A DNA stretch of 58,684 nt, from the IMG/VR virus record IMGVR_UViG_3300046804_001439, positions 1-58,684 of that record; one strand, written 5' to 3'. Positions within the stretch are counted from its first letter, which is position 1. Each line of letters starts with the position of its first letter. Below the pieces are notes generated by a model, which saw only the letters and a program-made list of their open reading frames with translations, had not been told where the DNA came from and made no database searches. Source of the stretch: a virus. Taxonomy: Duplodnaviria > Caudoviricetes. Position numbers and translations under genes: made by a program. Shown piece after piece: positions 53,775 to 58,684 of the stretch.

Positions 53775-54341
53775 CTAGACCTCAATAATTGTAAAGGGTG
53801 GTCTTACTGACATGTTAAACTTAGCTGCCGCCTCTAAGGCCATACGTACACGCTTACGTGGAGTCTTGACTTGAGCTGTAGAAAACAAGGATCCAAGTGC
53901 TAGTTCTTGTCCAGCGCCCTCTGACATATATTGCACATCAGCTTCTCCAATATGAAAGTCTGAATCCATTGTAAATATTCGTCCAGCACCTTGAACTGCT
54001 ATTAAAAATATTCCGCCTTCATCGCCATCTTCAGTTCCAGATGTAAAATTGCCATAACCATGTTCTTTAAAAGCATCTTTAACCGATTCAACAAATTTTG
54101 TTCTAATAAATTTATCTAAGTTTCTATATCCAGCAGTTGGAGTGTATTTTGGTGGAGTCCAATTGTATTGAAGAATTTGTCCCATTCTAAAACTATCAAC
54201 AAAACCAATTCCGTATTGACCTACTTTAAAAACTTTAGGATCTGTGCGCTGAAAGATTAAACCAGACTTATCGTCTGATGCGGCAGCGTCTCCGCCCATA
54301 AAGACTTTATTTTCATGAATTAGGGCTACTATGCAGGTCAT
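53775..54341 (-). CDS. Ntn-hydrolase (HslV/proteasome beta-like) protein
   Basis: N-terminal Thr after Met (MTCIVA), GGD, PKVF, GAG...ALG, ALEAA. Confidence 0.7.
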   Translation of the reverse strand: MTCIVALIHENKVFMGGDAAASDDKSGLIFQRTDPKVFKVGQYGIGFVDSFRMGQILQYNWTPPKYTPTAGYRNLDKFIRTKFVESVKDAFKEHGYGNFTSGTEDGDEGGIFLIAVQGAGRIFTMDSDFHIGEADVQYMSEGAGQELALGSLFSTAQVKTPRKRVRMALEAAAKFNMSVRPPFTIIEV

Positions 54342-54369
54342 ATAGCCTAGTATACTATTTTTATTATTA

Positions 54370-54678
54370 CTAGTCCAGATTCTCGCTTATTTCAAGTATA
54401 TTAAGCTGGGACAAGGCATTTTCTAATTCAGATTTAACCTCAATTAATTCCTGAATGGCATTATAGTATTTATCTTTCCACTCAGTTAATTCTTTTTCCA
54501 ATTTATATAATTCTATTTTTAAATCTTTTAAATCTAATTTAAGGTGGTCCTGCTCACGCTCACGCTGACGAACTACTTCCTTTTTATGTTCTCTAACTGA
54601 GGCAATAATCGCTGTACCCATACCGCTAGCCATGGCGGCTAATATGGCTAAAGCAATTGCTGAATAATTATTGTTCAT
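54370..54678 (-). CDS. TM + coiled-coil protein
   Basis: Hydrophobic N-terminus then heptads. Confidence 0.6.
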   Translation of the reverse strand: MNNNYSAIALAILAAMASGMGTAIIASVREHKKEVVRQREREQDHLKLDLKDLKIELYKLEKELTEWKDKYYNAIQELIEVKSELENALSQLNILEISENLD

Positions 54679-54712
54679 TATATTAATAATTATACAGTAG
54701 TTTTAGATATAA

Positions 54713-54949
54713 TTAGACCAAAAGCTCCGATGCAGAAATTTCATTTCCAGCGTATCTTCTCTTTAAAATAAATTCTTTTACAGAATCTGGGCCGTTTGAT
54801 CTACCAGCCAAAATAATAACCCAGCGTGGCTCAAATTTTGAATTCACACATGTTTCACAGATTAAAAGATTAATTGGAAGTAATGAAGATTTTTTAACAT
54901 CTAGTTTATTTTTAGACTTATTGCATGAATAGCATAAAATTTTATCCAC
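54713..54949 (-). CDS. small Zn-finger protein
   Basis: CYSC...CETC...EPRW. Confidence 0.6.
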   Translation of the reverse strand: MDKILCYSCNKSKNKLDVKKSSLLPINLLICETCVNSKFEPRWVIILAGRSNGPDSVKEFILKRRYAGNEISASELLV

Positions 54950-55146
54950 TATTCTTGCTCCTCTACATGCTGATGAACAATTTCATCTACAATTGTGAAA
55001 TCCTCATTTGCAAGTAGCTCCTGATTATCGTGTCCGTGTTTTGTATAATTAACCAATGATGCGTATGCTCCCATTTTTTCTACAGTTCCGTAACAATTTT
55101 CTGAATGAATGTATACAATATGTACAACATCATAGTACTCTTTCAC
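54949..55146 (-). CDS. hypothetical protein
   Basis: 65 aa ORF in whiB operon. Confidence 0.55.
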   Translation of the reverse strand: MKEYYDVVHIVYIHSENCYGTVEKMGAYASLVNYTKHGHDNQELLANEDFTIVDEIVHQHVEEQE

Positions 55147-55450
55147 TTGGCTTACCCTCCAACTCGCATCTTACGCCATATGACTCTATTAATTTCTTTA
55201 CCTTTGTAACGTAATCTATAACCATTTCTTTTTTAATTCCGTCAAACTGTATAAAATTATCTTCATATAATCTCAATGCAAGAAAGTCTGGGTATTTAAC
55301 TATATCCATAAGCAGCATTGCTGGCTTAGGTATTTCGTGAACTCTCTTTTTCATCTCATCAGTATAGAATACAGGCTTATTGGGCTCTCCAGTCCACTGA
55401 TTAATTCCATATTTAAAATGTTCTGCTGGATCTTTTTTATTAATGAACAC
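55130..55450 (-). CDS. hypothetical protein
   Basis: 106 aa ORF in whiB operon. Confidence 0.6.
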   Translation of the reverse strand: MFINKKDPAEHFKYGINQWTGEPNKPVFYTDEMKKRVHEIPKPAMLLMDIVKYPDFLALRLYEDNFIQFDGIKKEMVIDYVTKVKKLIESYGVRCELEGKPSERVL

Positions 55451-55751
55451 CGCTGCCCCTTAGCTTTTTCCATATTTCAGAAGTTTTATGTAAATTTTTT
55501 GATTTATCTATAGTTCCAGATGATAAATATACTCCGCCCCAAACACCGTATTCATTATTATCAATACCACTTTGATAACACATTGATATTACTGGACAAG
55601 ATAAACACATTTCATCTATATTTTTAGCAATATTTGGATCTGCTTCATATTTATCAAAAAACATATTTGTGTCCATCCCTCTACAAAGAGAAAGATCAAA
55701 CCAATTAAAATGTTCTTCGTCTATTCCTAGATCACGTAAAATTTTTGACAT
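55440..55751 (-). CDS. whiB: WhiB-family Fe-S transcription factor
   Basis: C...FF...CLSCPV-x3-C and GVWGG; start reassigned to ATG 55751. Confidence 0.9.
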   Translation of the reverse strand: MSKILRDLGIDEEHFNWFDLSLCRGMDTNMFFDKYEADPNIAKNIDEMCLSCPVISMCYQSGIDNNEYGVWGGVYLSSGTIDKSKNLHKTSEIWKKLRGSGVH

Positions 55752-55959
55752 ATTTTTTTGGAAGTTTCCATACTCCGTTTTGATCAACGACAAAACGTTC
55801 TGCCGTTCCCCACATATCCTGCTTAAATATGCCCTTTATATTTGTAAAACCATTAATATCTTTTTTCCAAATAACTAGATCGTAATTATCCCAATACGGG
55901 ACTATATTTTTTGCCTTCTTGATGAAGACTTCTACACCTAATTCTGTTAGATTTAACAT
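55732..55959 (-). CDS. hypothetical protein, first gene of whiB operon
   Basis: 75 aa; promoter TTGACA-N18-TATAAT at 56028..55999. Confidence 0.65.
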   Translation of the reverse strand: MLNLTELGVEVFIKKAKNIVPYWDNYDLVIWKKDINGFTNIKGIFKQDMWGTAERFVVDQNGVWKLPKKYVKNFT

Positions 55960-56031
55960 GCTGTCCTAAACATAAACCGCAGCATCCCACTGATATATAT
56001 TATACAGTAAATGTTGCGGCTGTGTCAATAC

Positions 56032-57141
56032 TTATTTCCAGTTTTCTGGAATCATGTCGCTAAGACCCAATGCCCTAGCACGACGCTTAATATGCTCCTT
56101 AACTTTTGGATCTGCTCCACCACGACCCCATGAACGAATTGCGTTCATTAAATCGGTTTTATTTCCAATTGGATATGATCCATCTGGCATTGCATGTCCC
56201 TGCTCTGCCATTTGTCTACGCTGTTCTGTTGAAAATTTACGCTTTACTAATTCATATGGATCTAAATCACCAAATAGAGATTTCTTTATTTTAGGCTCTT
56301 CTTTGTCTTCTACATCATAAGCTTTCTCTACTGGGATACAATTTGGAACCATGCGGCCATTTTTTTCCTTCATACCACGTTGAGTATATCCAGTCCAGCA
56401 TTTTTGTAAACTATTATCCCACTTATCTTCATCTTCATTATCAGACTCATAAGTTTCATTTTGATTTTCTGCCTCTAAATCTGTCTGTCCATCCATTTTA
56501 GATACTGGCCAATTTACATCATTTTTTTCTGGATCTCCAACTGGGGCTGGATTTCCATCAGATCCATTTTCGGTTTCCATGTTTGTTCCATCTTCTGATT
56601 CTGAATTATCTTCTTCTGGAACTTCAATCATGCCTTCAATAGCTTCCATTAAATGTTCAATTACCATTCCAAGTTGCTCTTTTGTAACTTCAGGTCTCAA
56701 AGCCTTTTTAATTTCTTCATCGTCATCAATTTCAATTACTGTATCTACTGGATTTATAGCATCGTCTAGCATATCTTTAATTTCTTCAACCAATTCTTCT
56801 TGAGTGTATGATTTTTTCATATTCTTTTCTCTTTCCACAATTTTTCTAGACCAAGAGAAACCAGCATCGCCACCCCAGGCATCCCACATAATTCGACCAT
56901 TAGAGGGATTAGAAGTATTATAAAAGTCCTTGCCCTTTTTGTCTACTTCATGTCTGGAAAAGAAAGAATACATTCTTTTAACAGTAGACAAACTTAATGT
57001 CTCACCACGAGCAAGCTGCCCTGCACGAGTCCAACCTACAGCTGTTCCAGCTCCAGTTGCTTTTCCTTGTTCTTTCCAACGAATAGCTCTTTTAGCAGCT
57101 GATTTCATTCCAGCGGTTGGCTTGTATCCTTCTTTTGCCAT
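56032..57141 (-). CDS. multi-module head-associated-type protein
   Basis: N-terminal TVKRMYSFFSRH...WGGDAG domain, acidic linker, CWTGY...VPNC motif, C-terminal AMPDGSYPI...HIKRRARALG module. Confidence 0.6.
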   Translation of the reverse strand: MAKEGYKPTAGMKSAAKRAIRWKEQGKATGAGTAVGWTRAGQLARGETLSLSTVKRMYSFFSRHEVDKKGKDFYNTSNPSNGRIMWDAWGGDAGFSWSRKIVEREKNMKKSYTQEELVEEIKDMLDDAINPVDTVIEIDDDEEIKKALRPEVTKEQLGMVIEHLMEAIEGMIEVPEEDNSESEDGTNMETENGSDGNPAPVGDPEKNDVNWPVSKMDGQTDLEAENQNETYESDNEDEDKWDNSLQKCWTGYTQRGMKEKNGRMVPNCIPVEKAYDVEDKEEPKIKKSLFGDLDPYELVKRKFSTEQRRQMAEQGHAMPDGSYPIGNKTDLMNAIRSWGRGGADPKVKEHIKRRARALGLSDMIPENWK

Positions 57142-57284
57142 TATTTCTCCTTTACATTAATAACTTTTACAGACTTAACTTCTTCATCTACACCAAATAT
57201 ATCGTTTACATAGTCTGCAGCATCTTCTTCGCTAAATGCCTGAACTTCTACATTTACTTCAAGCTTGATGCTATAATTTTTCAT
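57141..57284 (-). CDS. 47-aa peptide
   Basis: MKNYSIKLEVNVEVQAFSEEDA...; TAATG coupling on both sides. Confidence 0.55.
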   Translation of the reverse strand: MKNYSIKLEVNVEVQAFSEEDAADYVNDIFGVDEEVKSVKVINVKEK

Positions 57285-57859
57285 TATTTAATTTCTTGAT
57301 GACAGGTTGGACAAACTTTTTTTTCTACAGATGAAGCTGCTGTCTTTGCAGATCCTGCACCTTTAAACTTAGGGCGTCCAAATCCAACAATAGAAATCAT
57401 CTCTCCTTGTTTATTTTTTCTAAATGCACGAAGCTTCTTAGAAACCTGTCCGCCATTTCTTTGTGAGCCTTTTTTATCTGGGCTTGTATTGCCTTCAATA
57501 CACCAAACTGTGCCGTCTTCATTATCTTTAATAACAATTCCTACGTGAGAAATTCTATCGACACCATCTGATGGGAAATCAAAATACGCAATATCTCCTG
57601 GTTCTGGATCTGCCAGATCTCCATCAATCCATGCGCCAGCTTTCTTAAATGCTTGTGCTCCACCTGGAGTATAAACAGTATTTGGAACCTTTACACCAGC
57701 TTCATTAGCACACCACATTACGAAAGAGCCACACCATGGCTGGAAGTTAGCCTTTGTAAATGCACCATATTTTGTTTCGTTATCTTTAGGACCTTCAATG
57801 GTTCCTAGTTCTGCTGTAGCAACTTCAATTAAACGTGCTGCTGTACCTTGCTCTGCCAT
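57284..57859 (-). CDS. CHAP-domain endolysin
   Basis: PWCGSFV, PGDI, HVGIV, IEGNT catalytic motifs. Confidence 0.88.
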   Translation of the reverse strand: MAEQGTAARLIEVATAELGTIEGPKDNETKYGAFTKANFQPWCGSFVMWCANEAGVKVPNTVYTPGGAQAFKKAGAWIDGDLADPEPGDIAYFDFPSDGVDRISHVGIVIKDNEDGTVWCIEGNTSPDKKGSQRNGGQVSKKLRAFRKNKQGEMISIVGFGRPKFKGAGSAKTAASSVEKKVCPTCHQEIK

Positions 57860-57861
57860 TA

Positions 57862-58272
57862 TTAGTCCTTATCCCAATCAGTATCAACTGGCTGTTGTTC
57901 TGGCATTTGTCCATCTGGCTTTGCTGCAAGACGTGCCATTGTTGCATCAATTTCTGCTTCAAGCTTCTTATCCGCCTGAGTATTCTTGGCATCCATCTCT
58001 TTATTATCGAGCTGTGCCTTCATAATATCTTTTGCACCACTTTGTCCAATTAATAAACCAGCAAGTGTTCCTGTAATAAATGTTGCTACGCTTCCAAGAA
58101 CATTGAAGAACATCTTATCGTTCTCTGACTGTGCTCCAATTGGTTGCGTTACAAACAAAAGTCCATATAAAATTCCTACCGCTGTAAGGAATAGAATGGA
58201 ACCTAATGTGATTCCTAAAATAAATTTTAATCTAGCGTCCAGATCTTGTGGACTTAGTCTCTCTTTAGCCAT
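57862..58272 (-). CDS. two-TM holin-like protein
   Basis: Two hydrophobic helices, adjacent to endolysin; start reassigned to ATG 58272. Confidence 0.6.
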   Translation of the reverse strand: MAKERLSPQDLDARLKFILGITLGSILFLTAVGILYGLLFVTQPIGAQSENDKMFFNVLGSVATFITGTLAGLLIGQSGAKDIMKAQLDNKEMDAKNTQADKKLEAEIDATMARLAAKPDGQMPEQQPVDTDWDKD

Positions 58273-58483
58273 TTGTAGTACCTGTTTCAGTAGTAGTAGT
58301 TGATGCTTTACCAATTACATCTTTAGTGCATGTGCCGCTTGCTTCACAAATTGGAGGATTGCATTCCGCCTTCTCCCAATTCGCAGGGTCTTGGCATGGG
58401 TATCTATATGAACCCTGAAAGCCGCAGCTAGTTAATGATAGCATTAATAGACCTGATAAAGCAATAGCAGTTATTCTTTTCAT
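58265..58483 (-). CDS. small Cys-rich lipoprotein
   Basis: Signal peptide with LTSC lipobox; RYPCQDP-x-NW...C-x-PP-x-C...C. Confidence 0.7.
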   Translation of the reverse strand: MKRITAIALSGLLMLSLTSCGFQGSYRYPCQDPANWEKAECNPPICEASGTCTKDVIGKASTTTTETGTTNG

Positions 58484-58499
58484 ACTACTATTATATCAT

Positions 58500-58684
58500 T
58501 TATTCGTCTTTATCTTTAGAGCCCTTAGCCCCAAAATAACCGCCAATAATACCTATAAGACCTCCAAGGGCTGTCTGAACAAGGGTCATAACCTCTGCAG
58601 ATACCTCTACAGGCTCTCCTGTTTTTTGAGTTTCTAAAGCTGCAGTTACATAATCTCCTACAATAGCTGTAATAATTGCAATTC
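58500..58684 (-). CDS. membrane protein, 5'-truncated by window
   Basis: ...TLVQTALGGLIGIIGGYFGAKGSKDKDE-stop. Confidence 0.55.
   Translation of the reverse strand, partial: IAIITAIVGDYVTAALETQKTGEPVEVSAEVMTLVQTALGGLIGIIGGYFGAKGSKDKDE

Overview
The window is a 58.7-kb segment of an AT-rich tailed dsDNA phage with siphovirus-like head/tail genes. WhiB, an Lsr2-like peptide, a DUF7455-like protein and many probably leaderless mRNAs point to an actinobacterial host, most likely a freshwater lineage (inference). Layout: (i) 1-25.4 kb, minus strand: tail chaperone with a -1 frameshift, tail tube, neck, capsid, protease/scaffold, portal and a ~16-kb block of fibre/receptor-binding genes. (ii) 25.4-31.3 kb: class II RNR, glycosyltransferase, lytic transglycosylase, an sRNA candidate, tRNA-Thr, tRNA-Asn, a parS-like site and an HNH gene. 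(iii) 31.9-46.3 kb, plus strand: ~50 mostly tiny early-type genes driven by 18 copies of one promoter class (TGTCRG exactly 16 nt before the -10), many with a shared extended RBS (AACGAAAGGAA). The intergenic cassettes carry CRP-like palindromes, DnaA boxes and several unnamed motifs. (iv) 46.7-58.7 kb, minus strand: SpeD, PduO-type adenosyltransferase, GroES, a secreted surface protein, thioredoxin, an Ntn protease, WhiB and a lysis cassette. Best novelty candidate: an RNA-based regulatory layer of two stand-alone structured sRNAs (~42657-42811 and ~29660-29758). Their segments are complementary to the shared early-gene RBS and to the translation-initiation regions of specific phage genes, including the leader of the whiB operon. 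All calls were made by eye from the sequence; no database searches or folding computations were run.
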